A stretch of 64,000 bases of DNA, taken from assembly GCA_963664225.1 (NCBI GenBank), contig OY760937.1:416001-480000 (forward strand), given 5' to 3'. The notes under the pieces were generated by a model. That model saw nothing but the letters and a program-made list of their open reading frames with translations. It was not told the DNA's origin and ran no database searches. This stretch comes from Verrucomicrobiia bacterium (GTDB lineage Bacteria > Verrucomicrobiota > Verrucomicrobiia > Limisphaerales > UBA1319). Shown one piece after another: positions 1 to 10,288 of this stretch. Each line of letters starts with the position of its first letter. The stretch's first letter is position 1. A program made the translations under genes and the position numbers.

Positions 1-618
1 CTGAATTAGGATTGAGGCTCCGCCTTCTTCCAGTGTCGCCGTATGTTTGTGAATCCAACCCGGAGGCGTGCCAATAGTTTGTGCTTTTGATATTCCAAGA
101 GTGTCGATGTCAAAAATGAAGATGGGTGTTGTCCCCGGCTTACGTTGCTCCGGGTGACCAAGGCAACCGATGATGATGATGCGATTACCAACAAGAGTGG
201 CTGTGTGAGAATCTGTGGGGGGGAAAATGTCGGCTGGATAACCAAGGATATCCATCTTGCTGTCTGGATGTACGACAACTACGTCATTGTAGATGTAGAA
301 ATCAGAATCGTAAAAGTCCTCGTGCTCTCCAGCGATCATCACGGTGCGGCCATCTCGAAGCTTCGTCGAACTTTGACCAAAGCGATCGAAGCACCAGCCC
401 GGCCCCTCATAACACGCCGAGTCATCGAATATTTCATCCGCTGAAAAGGCGCTGATTTTAGACCGGATAAGCCACTCCCAAACAGGATTATTCATCCGCT
501 CAGGATTGGTGCGCCCAAAACGCGGAGCACGCCATTCTCGGAATAATTCCAATGTCACCGCTGGATCCATTGGGACTTCTTCAGCGTCCTGCCCTTGACC
601 TGGAATTTCAATACTCAT
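1..618 (-). CDS. Hypothetical protein with Kelch-like beta-propeller repeats; runs off the left edge of the window and is missing from the ORF track
   Basis: Manual minus-strand translation from the ATG at 618 is open to base 1: MSIEIPGQ...GWCFDRFGQSSTKLRDGRTVMIAGEHEDFYDSDFYIYNDVVVV...PPTDSHTATLVGNRIIIIG...GWIHKHTATL. The repeated HTATL-(x)-IxIxG pattern is Kelch-like. Starts 17 nt after the shikimate dehydrogenase stop. Confidence 0.7.
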   Translation of the reverse strand, partial: MSIEIPGQGQDAEEVPMDPAVTLELFREWRAPRFGRTNPERMNNPVWEWLIRSKISAFSADEIFDDSACYEGPGWCFDRFGQSSTKLRDGRTVMIAGEHEDFYDSDFYIYNDVVVVHPDSKMDILGYPADIFPPTDSHTATLVGNRIIIIGCLGHPEQRKPGTTPIFIFDIDTLGISKAQTIGTPPGWIHKHTATLEEGGASILIQ

Positions 619-635
619 GACAAAATTAAATAGTG

Positions 636-1454
636 TTACTTTCGCGCAAATGCCGCCGCTTTCGCAATCAGGTCTGCGGAGGGACGGACTCCGGTGTAGA
701 GGACGAACTGTTCGACCGCCTGGATGACAATGACGTCCGCTCCGCTGATGATCGGTTTGCCGAGAGACTGCGCCAGTCGAATGAGCGGGGTTTCGGCGGG
801 AATGGCGACGACGTCCATCACAGTTTGCGCGGCGCGCACCTGCTCCGGTGTGAAGGCCAGTTGCTCGGATTCGGCCCCGCCCGACATGCCGATGGGCGTG
901 ACATTGATCAAGAATTGAGGGCGTTCATCGGCCAGTTCCGGCTTCCACTGAAAACCGTATTGGTGCGCAAGCGCCGTTCCCGTCTTTTGATTTCGCGCCA
1001 CCACGATGCCCCGGGTGAAGCCGGCGTCCCTGAGCGCGCAGACCACGGCCTTCGCCATGCCACCACTGCCGCGCACGGCAAAATCGACACCTGCCGGGTT
1101 CACACGCGCATGGATGAGATCGAAGACGGCGGTGTAGTCGGTGTTATAGGCTTTGAGATGGCCATCGGTGTTGACGATGGTGTTCACGGACATGATGCCG
1201 GAGGCCGAGGGCGTCAATTCGTCCAGGTAGGGGATGCAGGCTTCCTTGAACGGCATGGAAACCGCGCAGCCACGAATGCCCAGCGCGCGAATTCCAGTGA
1301 TCGCGCCCGCGAGATCGCGCGTGGTAAAGGCCTTGTAGAGGAAGTTCAGGCCGAGTTCCCGGTAGAGGAAGTTCTGAAAGCGGGTCCCGAAATTACCGGG
1401 TCGCGCGGAGAGCGACATGCAGAGTCGTGTGTCCTTATTGATTTGAAGTTCCAT
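636..1454 (-). CDS. Shikimate dehydrogenase-like protein (SdhL/HI0607 type)
   Basis: Motifs VSMPFKE, SVNTIV, YNTDY, Rossmann GSGGMA and NVTPIGM; N-terminal CMSLSARPGNFGTRF is typical of SdhL. Confidence 0.9.
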   Translation of the reverse strand: MELQINKDTRLCMSLSARPGNFGTRFQNFLYRELGLNFLYKAFTTRDLAGAITGIRALGIRGCAVSMPFKEACIPYLDELTPSASGIMSVNTIVNTDGHLKAYNTDYTAVFDLIHARVNPAGVDFAVRGSGGMAKAVVCALRDAGFTRGIVVARNQKTGTALAHQYGFQWKPELADERPQFLINVTPIGMSGGAESEQLAFTPEQVRAAQTVMDVVAIPAETPLIRLAQSLGKPIISGADVIVIQAVEQFVLYTGVRPSADLIAKAAAFARK

Positions 1455-1692
1455 GGGATTTTAAAATGTTTCTTTCGTCGCGCCGTTTACCTCTTGCTGC
1501 CGCCACCCAAAAATTCGCCGGTCAAGTTTTGCGAACCATCGGTCAACGTCCCTCTCTCTATCAGCGCGATGTCAGCGTAACCAGTATTATTTCAGACCTG
1601 CGCGACGCATTCACACCCACCATCGCTTGACAGTTCGGGGTCGCGCGGTAGCATGCGGGTTATTGCACGTCCACCATAACCATACGAACTTT

Positions 1693-4209
1693 ATGCAACA
1701 CTGGTTTAATCCTGTCCTGCGTTTGTTGTCGAAGGGAAAGTCGTTTCTCGGCCTGGGCCTGGTTGCCGCCTCGCTGGCCGTTTCCGCGTCCGCCGCAGAT
1801 AACGACGTTCCAGGCGTGAGCAAGGTTTTCCTGACGCCGCGCCTGCATATGGGAAACACAGGCATCATGCTGGTGCAACCCATCGACGAGGCCGCGTGGA
1901 TCTGGCATCCGGAGTTCGGGAATCCCAAGGCGCCTTCACACGCGGATGCGTTCGCCAACGGCTGGAAGGAACCGGTGGTGCTGCGCTTCCGCAAGGAATT
2001 TGAGGCGAAGACTTCGCCGATACGCATTCATGTCAGCGCCGATGAGCGTTATGAATTGTTTTTGGATGGGAAGCGCATTGCGCGGGGCCCGGACCGCTCC
2101 GATGTGGAGCATTGGTCCTATGCGACCTATGAACTGCGTCTTGCGGCGGGCAATCACCGCCTCGAAGCGCTGGCCTGGAGCATTGGTCCTTATGCGCCGG
2201 TGGCGCAGTTGACGTGGCGTGGCGGATTCATTCTCAAGGCCGAAGGCGATTACGATTCCCAGCTCACCACTGGAAAGGCCGCCTGGGAAGTCGCCAAACT
2301 CGGTGGTTACGAGTTCGCTCCGGGAGTGTTTTTTGTGGGCGCACAATTGACGGTTCGCGACAGTGGTTTGCAATGGCAGGAAGGCGAATACGTCAAGGCC
2401 CAGGTCATTCGAGGAGCGCTCCACGATAATCCCTATGGCGAAAATGCCGCCGGTTGGAAACTGTTTCCCGCGACGCTGCCCGACCAGTTCGACCGCGAGG
2501 TGACCACCGGTCGCGCCATGGCGCTGGGCAGTGGAACGCTTGCGGGCGACACGCTCGTCAGCGCCGAACAGGCCCAAAATAAGGACCTGCCCAAGTGGCA
2601 GGCGCTCATCGAGGGCAAAGATCAGATCGTCGTGCCCGCGAATACGGAGCAATTTCTGCTCTGGGATCTCGACAACTATTACTGCGCCTATCCGTTGTGC
2701 GAAGTCAGTGGCGGCGCGGGAGCGAAGATTGGCTGGAGTTGGGCCGAGTCGCTTTACTTGCCCAAGTCCGAAGCCAAAGGCCAGCGCGACGAGTTCATTG
2801 GAAAAACATTCCGCGGCATGACCGACACTTTCCTGCCGGGCGGCGGTGAGCATCGCAAATTCACCACCCTGTGGTGGCGCTCAGGTCGCTGGTGCCTGCT
2901 CTCAATCAAAACCGCAGCCGAGCCGCTGACCATTCACCGGCTCGCGCTGGATGAAAGCCGTTACCCGCATGAGAACGAGGGCAAGTTTGACGCCGGAGAT
3001 TCCGAATTGGCGGGCGTCATCAAGCTGGCCGTCCGGGGCATCCAGATGTGCACGCACGAAACCTACATGGACTGCCCCTACTACGAGCAGCTCATGTACG
3101 ATGGCGACACACGCCTGGAACTGCTCACCACCGACGTCATGACGCGTGACGACCGGCTGGTCAAACGCGCCATCGAGCTGTTTGATTTCTCGCGCCGGAA
3201 TTGGGGCTTCGTCAATGAGCGCTTTCCAGCCTATCTGCCCCAGCACTCGCCGACCTTCTCGATGATCTGGGCCGTGATGCTCAATGACTTCACCTATTGG
3301 CACAACGATCCGGCGTTTGTAAAGGCGCGCGCCATTGGCCTGCGCTCCATGCTGGAGCATTTCGAGCCCTACATGAACCAGGACGGCCTGTTGGAGAATT
3401 TGCCGGGCTGGCCCTTTATGGACTGGGTGCCGCAGTGGAATACCGGCAACGCCCCCGATGGCGCGAAGGGGATTTCGTCCATCAACAACCTGCTTTATGT
3501 CTTCGCCCTGCAGAAGTCGGCCGAGGTTGAAGACTCGCTCGGCGAACCGCTCCTGGCCCAGCGGCTTCGCGCGAAAGCCGTCCGCACCGCCGCAGCCGTG
3601 CGCGCCAAATTCTGGGACGAGTCGCGCGGCCTCTTCGCCGACAACGTGAAGCACAGCGAGTTTAGCGAGCATGCCCAGTGCCTTGCGTTGCTTTCCGACA
3701 CGGTGACCGGCGACCAGGCCAAACGCTGCTTCGAGCAATTGTTGACCGCCAAGGATCTGAAGCGCACGACCATTTACTTCAGCTTCTATCTGCTGGAGAC
3801 CTGGCAAAAATTCGGACGCGGCGATCTGATCGTGGAACGCATGGGCTTCTGGAAGGACCTGGTCAAACAGGGGCTCAAAACACCGGTCGAAATGCCGGGT
3901 GATACGCGATCGGACTGTCATGCCTGGGGGAGCCATCCGCTCTTCCATCTCCATGCCAGCGTGGCTGGGGTGCGTCCCGCCTCGCCGGGCTTCCGCACCG
4001 TGCGCATCGCGCCTCAGCCGGGCACACTGCCCAGGATTGTCAGCAGCACACCTCATCCGGATGGCTTCATCGGGCTCGACCTCGCCTTTGATGGCAACCG
4101 TTGCCACGGCAGTGTGGAATTGCCCGCAGGCATCACCGGAGTATTCGTCTGGCAATCCAAAGAACTGAAATTGAATAGCGGCGCCAACGCGATTGATTTG
4201 AAACCATAA
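1693..4209 (+). CDS. Secreted alpha-L-rhamnosidase, GH78 family
   Basis: Signal peptide; SADERYELFLDG N-terminal domain; YMDCPYYEQLMYDGDTR and C-terminal RSDCHAWGSHP motifs. Start placed at ATG 1693 (ORF track begins at TTG 1627). Confidence 0.88.
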   Translation: MQHWFNPVLRLLSKGKSFLGLGLVAASLAVSASAADNDVPGVSKVFLTPRLHMGNTGIMLVQPIDEAAWIWHPEFGNPKAPSHADAFANGWKEPVVLRFRKEFEAKTSPIRIHVSADERYELFLDGKRIARGPDRSDVEHWSYATYELRLAAGNHRLEALAWSIGPYAPVAQLTWRGGFILKAEGDYDSQLTTGKAAWEVAKLGGYEFAPGVFFVGAQLTVRDSGLQWQEGEYVKAQVIRGALHDNPYGENAAGWKLFPATLPDQFDREVTTGRAMALGSGTLAGDTLVSAEQAQNKDLPKWQALIEGKDQIVVPANTEQFLLWDLDNYYCAYPLCEVSGGAGAKIGWSWAESLYLPKSEAKGQRDEFIGKTFRGMTDTFLPGGGEHRKFTTLWWRSGRWCLLSIKTAAEPLTIHRLALDESRYPHENEGKFDAGDSELAGVIKLAVRGIQMCTHETYMDCPYYEQLMYDGDTRLELLTTDVMTRDDRLVKRAIELFDFSRRNWGFVNERFPAYLPQHSPTFSMIWAVMLNDFTYWHNDPAFVKARAIGLRSMLEHFEPYMNQDGLLENLPGWPFMDWVPQWNTGNAPDGAKGISSINNLLYVFALQKSAEVEDSLGEPLLAQRLRAKAVRTAAAVRAKFWDESRGLFADNVKHSEFSEHAQCLALLSDTVTGDQAKRCFEQLLTAKDLKRTTIYFSFYLLETWQKFGRGDLIVERMGFWKDLVKQGLKTPVEMPGDTRSDCHAWGSHPLFHLHASVAGVRPASPGFRTVRIAPQPGTLPRIVSSTPHPDGFIGLDLAFDGNRCHGSVELPAGITGVFVWQSKELKLNSGANAIDLKP

Positions 4210-4234
4210 AATATTGGTTCAGCAACCGAACGCA

Positions 4235-4263
4235 ACCGACCAAAAAAATAACTTTTGGTCGGT
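4235..4263. terminator. Perfect 11-bp inverted repeat downstream of GH78 (terminator or operator)
   Basis: ACCGACCAAAA (4235-4245) / TTTTGGTCGGT (4253-4263). Confidence 0.4.
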
Positions 4264-4310
4264 CCTCATGGTTGACTCGAGACATGAGGTCGAGAGTTCA
4301 CTCAATTTAA

Positions 4311-4529
4311 ATGAGCAAAAAGACTAAAAGCGTCGTTCTTGGCATTGCAGCATTGATCGTTTTTGAGGCGGTAATGTTCTACGGATATTCTTGGCTCTTT
4401 TTGCTTGAGGGCGAGCCACAGAGGCATAATGATCCACAGTTGCAAACTTGGGCTGGAATTCTTCTGGGTGCGATGTTTGCTGGGTTCCTTGCCTTCATCT
4501 ACTGGATTGTCCGAATCTGTAAGTCTTAA
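4311..4529 (+). CDS. Small two-transmembrane hypothetical protein
   Basis: 72 aa with a basic N-terminus and two hydrophobic segments; AT-richer than its neighbours. Confidence 0.55.
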   Translation: MSKKTKSVVLGIAALIVFEAVMFYGYSWLFLLEGEPQRHNDPQLQTWAGILLGAMFAGFLAFIYWIVRICKS

Positions 4530-4772
4530 ACAAAATTCACAGTGGCCGCCCAGATTGCGACAAGGAATTCAATCAATCCCAGGATTGGCTCGACTGACTT
4601 TGCGCTTTCTCGAAAATCCATGACGGGCGCAAAGAAAGGCGGTAATCATAGGTCCATGTCACCCACGAGCCTGAAAACAAGCCCTGTCTTGACGCACTTT
4701 ACCCCGCTTAAAAACAAGAAATCTCCAATAGAATCAAGGGTGTGGAGCTCATTTTGAATTTCAACAAAATGG

Positions 4773-6401
4773 CTACAGCTTGATTCCGAGCAGATTCAGG
4801 ATTTCCTGCTGCTGTTCGTTGGGCTGAGAGATTTGCTCAAAGTGCACGCCGCCCACGCTGACTTGTTGTTTGCGGATGCCGCGCAAATGCTCAATCACAT
4901 TTTCCATGGTCCATTGACGTTTCTTTCCTTTGCCATCCTTTTCAAAGAGCGGCTGCAATCGTTGCTTCATGTGCCAGTAAACGTAATAGGCGAGCATGCA
5001 TAAAAACACATGGCTGCGGATGCGATCATCCTTTTTGTGATACACCGGCCGAATCTCCAGGGCCACGGTCTTGAGGGTGCGGAAGGCCTGCTCGACAAAG
5101 GTGAGGCTTTTGTAGGTGGCCACCACTTGGGCCGTCTTCATCTGGCTTTCCGTCACGGTGGTGGTAATAATGTAACAGCCGTCCAGCAGTTGTTCCTGCC
5201 CGATGGCTTCCTGCTTCAAATGGTATTCCAGCCGCCCCTCTTTAACCTCCCAGTGGATGAATTTACCCATTTTGTATTTTTCCAGCAGCCGCCCCACCTG
5301 GGAACCGAGTTTCTCAGGGGTCCTTTTTTTCTTGGGCTCGACGAGCTTGTCCATACCCTGGCGGGTGAGCTCGAGCAACCGTTGGCGGGTGGCCGTTTCC
5401 CGGGCCTGAGTGTCTGGATTGCGGCAGAGACAATAGCGCTGGCCGGGCTTGTCCGGGTCGGTCACCTCGGCGATCTTCTTTTCGTCGAACAATTCGAGTT
5501 GGATGACTTTGCGCTCCAGCAGTTCGAACATCTGCCGATGGGTCAGCGCGCTGAGCGTGTGCAGGCCCTGGACCTTTTCAAGCTTCTGCGCGTTGGCCTG
5601 GGTGATCATGCCCCGGTCGCCCACGAAGGTCACCTCGCTCAAACCGTATTCACGGCGCAGCTCCTGGATTTTATCGATCACCGTCTGGGCATCCTGCGTG
5701 TTGCCCGCAAAGAGTTCGATGCCCACCGGACAGCCCCGCTCGTCGCAGAGCAAACCCAGGACCACCTGCTCGTGTCCGCTCTTGCAGTCCCGGTTGTAGC
5801 CGAAAAGCACGACGTCGCTTTGCTCGTAGGCCCCCTCAAAATAGCTGCTGGTGATGTCGTAGAGCACGACATGGCCATTGCGCAGATGTTTTTTGGCCAG
5901 GGCTTTTTGAATGGCCTCCTGGCGCTCCAGCAACCGGTCCATCGGCCGGTAGCAGTGGTCTTCAACATCCACCTCGCCAGTGACCCCGCAGATCTCCCAC
6001 AGAGCGCTGTTTTTGGTCTGGTGGGACAGGGCCAGTTTGCTGCCCGCATAAACCACCCGGCCAGCAATCATGGCCAGGCAATCCCGGACCCACGGCTCGT
6101 TGCGGGAGTAAAGAATGGTGTCCAAACCCAATTGGCGGGCCGTTTCCACAACGGCATGGCTGGCCCCGTATTCCCTGGAATCGGTGCATTGGAAGGCGTT
6201 GGGATCCTCCTTGGGGACGACCTTGCCCTGAAAGGCGGCCTGGATCAGCTTGAGCTGGTCCAGGGACACGCCGGTGATGCGCCCGTGCTGGGTGTGTTTG
6301 ACAGCTTGGGTGTCGGAGTCGCGGTAGGAAGAGCGGATCAGGCCGATGGGATTGGCCCTGTGGCTTTGGATTTCGAGGTGGAAACGCTTGCCGGACTTCA
6401 T
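4773..6401 (-). CDS. IS1634-family DDE transposase
   Basis: YDITSSYFEG, FGYNRD, VGDRGM, YKSLTFVEQAFRTLK and IRPVYH...RIRSHVFLCMLAY motifs. Start placed at ATG 6401 because the GTG at 6410 abuts the -10 box. Confidence 0.93.
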   Translation of the reverse strand: MKSGKRFHLEIQSHRANPIGLIRSSYRDSDTQAVKHTQHGRITGVSLDQLKLIQAAFQGKVVPKEDPNAFQCTDSREYGASHAVVETARQLGLDTILYSRNEPWVRDCLAMIAGRVVYAGSKLALSHQTKNSALWEICGVTGEVDVEDHCYRPMDRLLERQEAIQKALAKKHLRNGHVVLYDITSSYFEGAYEQSDVVLFGYNRDCKSGHEQVVLGLLCDERGCPVGIELFAGNTQDAQTVIDKIQELRREYGLSEVTFVGDRGMITQANAQKLEKVQGLHTLSALTHRQMFELLERKVIQLELFDEKKIAEVTDPDKPGQRYCLCRNPDTQARETATRQRLLELTRQGMDKLVEPKKKRTPEKLGSQVGRLLEKYKMGKFIHWEVKEGRLEYHLKQEAIGQEQLLDGCYIITTTVTESQMKTAQVVATYKSLTFVEQAFRTLKTVALEIRPVYHKKDDRIRSHVFLCMLAYYVYWHMKQRLQPLFEKDGKGKKRQWTMENVIEHLRGIRKQQVSVGGVHFEQISQPNEQQQEILNLLGIKL

Positions 6402-6410
6402 AATGGCCAC

Positions 6411-6439
6411 ATAATACGTTACGTGCGTTTTATAGTCAA
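6411..6439 (-). promoter_or_regulatory. Sigma70-type promoter of the IS1634 transposase
   Basis: Minus strand TTGACT-N17-TATTAT, 9 nt upstream of ATG 6401. Confidence 0.7.
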
Positions 6440-6592
6440 ATATAATATCGATATATGTATGGCTACATATGAACTATTACATTCCCCCTCAATCCCTTGC
6501 GTTTAAAGGCGATAAGCCCGATTGGCGGCTAATTTAAGGGGGTAAAGTGCGTCTTGATTGCGAAGAACGCAAGTGCATCGACTGTTTCCGAG

Positions 6593-9500
6593 ATGCAGAT
6601 ATTGGAGAGCCAGCTCGAGCCAATGATCCGCAGTGCCACATGGGTTCGTCTGAGCCTCGTGGGTGCCGCGTCAGCATGGCTGGCGTTGGCATCCGCCCCA
6701 ACTCGCGCGGGGGACCTCGATTTCAGCGATCCGGCAAAGGTATCGCCACCGCCAGCACACGCCATCGGTTTTCCGAATCGCGAGGCCAATTTCGATGCCT
6801 TGCCCGGTTTCAAGAGTCCTCCGCCGGGCTATGGAGAGGTGGCGTTCTACTGGTGGCTGGGCGATCCCCTCACGAAAGAGCGACTCGGATGGCAACTCGA
6901 TCAACTCGCCCAGGTGGACGGTGTGATGGGCCTGCAGATCAATTACGCGCACACGGATCGAGGAGGCACGAACTACGGCCTCACGTTCCCCAGTGAACCG
7001 CCGCTTTTCTCAACCCAGTGGTGGGATTTGGTGGGTTGGTTCATGGGTGAAGCGAAAAAACATGGCATGGCCATCAGCCTGAGCGACTACACTCTGGGCG
7101 TGGGGCAGGGCTGGCGCATGGATGAGGTCATTCGCGAGAATCCCGATATCCAGGGCTCCGTGCTGAAGGTGGAGCAAAAGGATACCGACGGCGGGCAGGA
7201 ATTTCGCTGGGAATTGCCTGCGGGGACTCTTGGTGTGACCGGGTATCGGCTCACCGGCGACCAGATCGGCGATGTCGGCACGGACCTGCGCAGCTTCATT
7301 CAGAGCGGCACGCTGGCATGGCAAGCCCCGGAAGGCCGCTGGCGCATCATGGCGGTGCGACCAGAGCGGGTGGTGCCTTCGCTTGACCCGATGAATCCCG
7401 GTTCCGGCGATGCCTATGCCCGCAAATTCTTCGGGCAATTCACGGACCGTCATCCGAACGAGGGAGGGCAGGGGTTGAACTGGTTTTTCTCGGATGAACT
7501 GGAATTCCGCGTCCAGGGCAATCTCTGGACCGCGCGTTTCGCCGATGAATTCCGCCGACGCAAGGGCTATGACATTATTCCTAAACTCCCCGCGCTATTC
7601 CAGGATATCGGACCGCGCACGCCGAAGGTGCGGCTGGATTACAGCGATGTGAAAGTGGCATTGACCGAGGAAGGCTTTTTCAAACCGGTCTTCGATTGGC
7701 ACCAGCAGCGTGGGATGATTTACGGGTGCGATCATGGTGGGCGCGGACGTAACGTGGTCGAGTTTGGGGATTATTTTCGCACGCAGCGTTGGAACCAGGG
7801 ACCCGGTTGCGACCAGCCGGCTTTGAGTCGCGACGTCATCAAGAACAAGGTGGCCAGTTCCATTGCGCATCTCTATCAGCGTCCACGCGTCTGGCTGGAG
7901 GGTTACCACAGCAGCGGCTGGAGCACAGGGACGGAGCAATTGACCGATGCCACCTTTGCCAACTTCATAGAGGGGCAGAACCTGCTCACGTTGCATGGTC
8001 TTTATTACTCCACGCATGGCGGCTGGTGGGAATGGGCGCCGCCCTGCAATCACTTTCGCATGCCCTACTGGGCGCACATGAAGGAGTTTTTCGCCTGCAC
8101 CAAACGGCTCAGTTACCTGCTCAGCCAGGGCGATCACCGTTGCGACGTGGCGATCCTCTATCCCGTGGCGCCGATGGAAGCCGGCATGGAGGGTGACAAG
8201 GCGGTGCAAACTGCGTTCGCTCTCGGTGAGCATCTTTACCGGACGGGAATCGATTTTGATTTCATGGACTTCGAGTCGCTCGCCCGCGCGCAAGTCAAGG
8301 ACACGGAACTACGCGTTTCCGGCGAACGCTCCCGTGTGCTGGTATTGCCCGCGATGAAAGCCGTCCGCTGGTCCACAATGCAGAAGGCGGCGGAATTTGT
8401 CCGCAATGGCGGACTCGTTATCGCGTTGGGCGCATTGCCCGAAGCCAGCGACCGCGCAGGGCGGAATGATGCCGAGCTTGAGGCTCTCAATGCAGTGGTC
8501 ACGAATCGAACCGAGCGGCCGGAGCAGGTTCAGGCGATGATCGAAAAGGCCTTTCCCCGCGACTTCGATTGCTCCGTGCAGACTCCTCAAGGTGCGAGGC
8601 CGGCCGTGATGCATCGGAAGATTGGTCCGCGCGATGTTTACGCCGTGTATGGCGCTTCGGAATCTGCGGAGTGCGCGTTCCGCGCCACCGGCAGTGTTGA
8701 GCTGTGGGATCCATGGACCGGCAAGAGCCGACCTGTCCAGGTGCTGGCGCAGAGTGCCGATACCACACGCCTGCGAATGCCGCTCAGCGCGAAAGAAATG
8801 CAATTGATCGTTTTCAGTCCAGGCAAGGCGCAGATCGAACCGGCTGACGCCATTCAGTCCGCCGCATCCACAGTGGCGCTCGATGGACCATGGGAATTTG
8901 AGCTTAAGCCCACGATGGATAATCGTTTTGGTGATTTCCGCTGGCCGCCCACCGCCGCGCTGATTGGAGCCGAGGCGCGGCAATTCCGATATGCCGATGA
9001 AACGACACCCAACACCAACTGGCAAAATCCATCTTTCGACGATTCCAAGTGGACCAAGGTCACTGCCTCATTCGGGCCAAAATTGTGGAAGTTGGGTCCG
9101 CTGCCGGATGCCACCGATACCTCCGCGCTCGAAGCCCAGCTTGCTTATCTCAAGCAGGTCGATCCCAGCGTTCCGGTCGAGTTCGGTGGTAAAAAATATT
9201 GCTGGCTGCCGTATTCCTACTCCTGGCGCTGGGGCATGGAGAACGACCCGGGGCATCAAGGGTATCATGGCCTGAAAGAAGAGGTGCATGAGGAGTTCAT
9301 TGGCCTGGGCAAACTTCAGACGCAGGCCACCGGCACAAGCTATGACAAAGAGGAGGTTGGCTCGCGCTATTATCTCTGGACCTCTATCAGCACCCATTCC
9401 AATCTTGAAGCCCGTGCCAGCATTGGCGGGCTGAAGCCGGCTGCGGCCTGGTTGAACCAGGTAGTCCTGGCTGACCCGACCGGTCTGCTTGGTCTCAACG

Positions 9501-10288
9501 AGGGTGCCAATCCGTTGCTCCTCCGTTACGACAATCCGGGTCGCGGTTATTTTGTGGTTCGCTCTGGTGAAACGGCGGAACAAGGTCCATCCCCGACCGG
9601 CGCCATGGCCATGCGCTGGTTCAATCAACCGGGCCTGCTGCCATACGACACGCGTCCTCAGGAGGCAAATCCAGCCGGATGGTATCGCTTTACGTCGCCT
9701 CCCGGTCTGCGTGCGATGACGATCCTTGCGCGTGGCAAAGTCCAGGCGTGGTCGGACGGGCATGAGATTCCAATCACAGATATCAAACTACGTGCTGATG
9801 GAGCTCATGAGTTCAGGGCTGTTGTTCCCAATCCCGCTGCCAAAGCGGTGGTTGTGGCTCTGCGCATTGAGCAGGAACGCGGGGCCTACGCGGGTGCGGC
9901 CTTGCCGGAACCGGTCGCTCTCGATTGTGCTCCGGGTCAGATCGAGTTGGGTGACTGGACCCAACAGGGCGTGCTGGAATGCTACTCCGGTGGCGCGTGG
10001 TATCGCAAAAGCCTGACACTGACTTCGGCACAGGCGCGCGGACATGTTACGCTCGATCTTGGCAATCTCTCCTCGAGCGCCGAGGTGCGCGTCAATGGCC
10101 AGTCTGCTGGGATTCGCATTCTGCCGCCGTGGAAGTTTGACATCAGCGCACTGATGAAACCGGGCGAAAACCGTGTTGAGGTGCTCGTTCTGAGCGCGCT
10201 GGGCGGCCATTACACCACCATCCCAACGCGGTATCGTGGATCCAGTGTGTCCGGCTTGCTTGGTCCGGTGAAGGCGGAGATTAGGTGA
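6593..10288 (+). CDS. Large secreted glycoside hydrolase, GH106 (alpha-L-rhamnosidase-like) with C-terminal GH2-type sugar-binding domain
   Basis: FYWWLGD, FFSDELE, KVASSIAHLY, LHGLYYS and C-terminal YSGGAWYRK...LDLG...AEVRVNG...PPWKFDI...SGLLGPV motifs; signal peptide. Start uncertain (6593 or 6623). Confidence 0.8.
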   Translation: MQILESQLEPMIRSATWVRLSLVGAASAWLALASAPTRAGDLDFSDPAKVSPPPAHAIGFPNREANFDALPGFKSPPPGYGEVAFYWWLGDPLTKERLGWQLDQLAQVDGVMGLQINYAHTDRGGTNYGLTFPSEPPLFSTQWWDLVGWFMGEAKKHGMAISLSDYTLGVGQGWRMDEVIRENPDIQGSVLKVEQKDTDGGQEFRWELPAGTLGVTGYRLTGDQIGDVGTDLRSFIQSGTLAWQAPEGRWRIMAVRPERVVPSLDPMNPGSGDAYARKFFGQFTDRHPNEGGQGLNWFFSDELEFRVQGNLWTARFADEFRRRKGYDIIPKLPALFQDIGPRTPKVRLDYSDVKVALTEEGFFKPVFDWHQQRGMIYGCDHGGRGRNVVEFGDYFRTQRWNQGPGCDQPALSRDVIKNKVASSIAHLYQRPRVWLEGYHSSGWSTGTEQLTDATFANFIEGQNLLTLHGLYYSTHGGWWEWAPPCNHFRMPYWAHMKEFFACTKRLSYLLSQGDHRCDVAILYPVAPMEAGMEGDKAVQTAFALGEHLYRTGIDFDFMDFESLARAQVKDTELRVSGERSRVLVLPAMKAVRWSTMQKAAEFVRNGGLVIALGALPEASDRAGRNDAELEALNAVVTNRTERPEQVQAMIEKAFPRDFDCSVQTPQGARPAVMHRKIGPRDVYAVYGASESAECAFRATGSVELWDPWTGKSRPVQVLAQSADTTRLRMPLSAKEMQLIVFSPGKAQIEPADAIQSAASTVALDGPWEFELKPTMDNRFGDFRWPPTAALIGAEARQFRYADETTPNTNWQNPSFDDSKWTKVTASFGPKLWKLGPLPDATDTSALEAQLAYLKQVDPSVPVEFGGKKYCWLPYSYSWRWGMENDPGHQGYHGLKEEVHEEFIGLGKLQTQATGTSYDKEEVGSRYYLWTSISTHSNLEARASIGGLKPAAAWLNQVVLADPTGLLGLNEGANPLLLRYDNPGRGYFVVRSGETAEQGPSPTGAMAMRWFNQPGLLPYDTRPQEANPAGWYRFTSPPGLRAMTILARGKVQAWSDGHEIPITDIKLRADGAHEFRAVVPNPAAKAVVVALRIEQERGAYAGAALPEPVALDCAPGQIELGDWTQQGVLECYSGGAWYRKSLTLTSAQARGHVTLDLGNLSSSAEVRVNGQSAGIRILPPWKFDISALMKPGENRVEVLVLSALGGHYTTIPTRYRGSSVSGLLGPVKAEIR

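Larger units (their letters stand above)
4693..6551 (-). mobile_element. IS1634-family insertion sequence, 1859 bp, intact
   Basis: Left end CGCACTTTACCCCGCTTAAA matches the reverse complement of the right end, CGCACTTTACCCC-CTTAAA. 6-bp target duplication TCTTGA at 4687-4692 and 6552-6557. Confidence 0.93.

Noticed and set aside
5010..6506. 498-aa plus-strand ORF and other long antisense ORFs (633-1580, 2902-4155, 19636-20670, 21247-22404, 56608-57777, 62101-63387)
   Set aside because: Shadow frames opposite well-supported genes in GC-rich DNA; no recognisable motifs.
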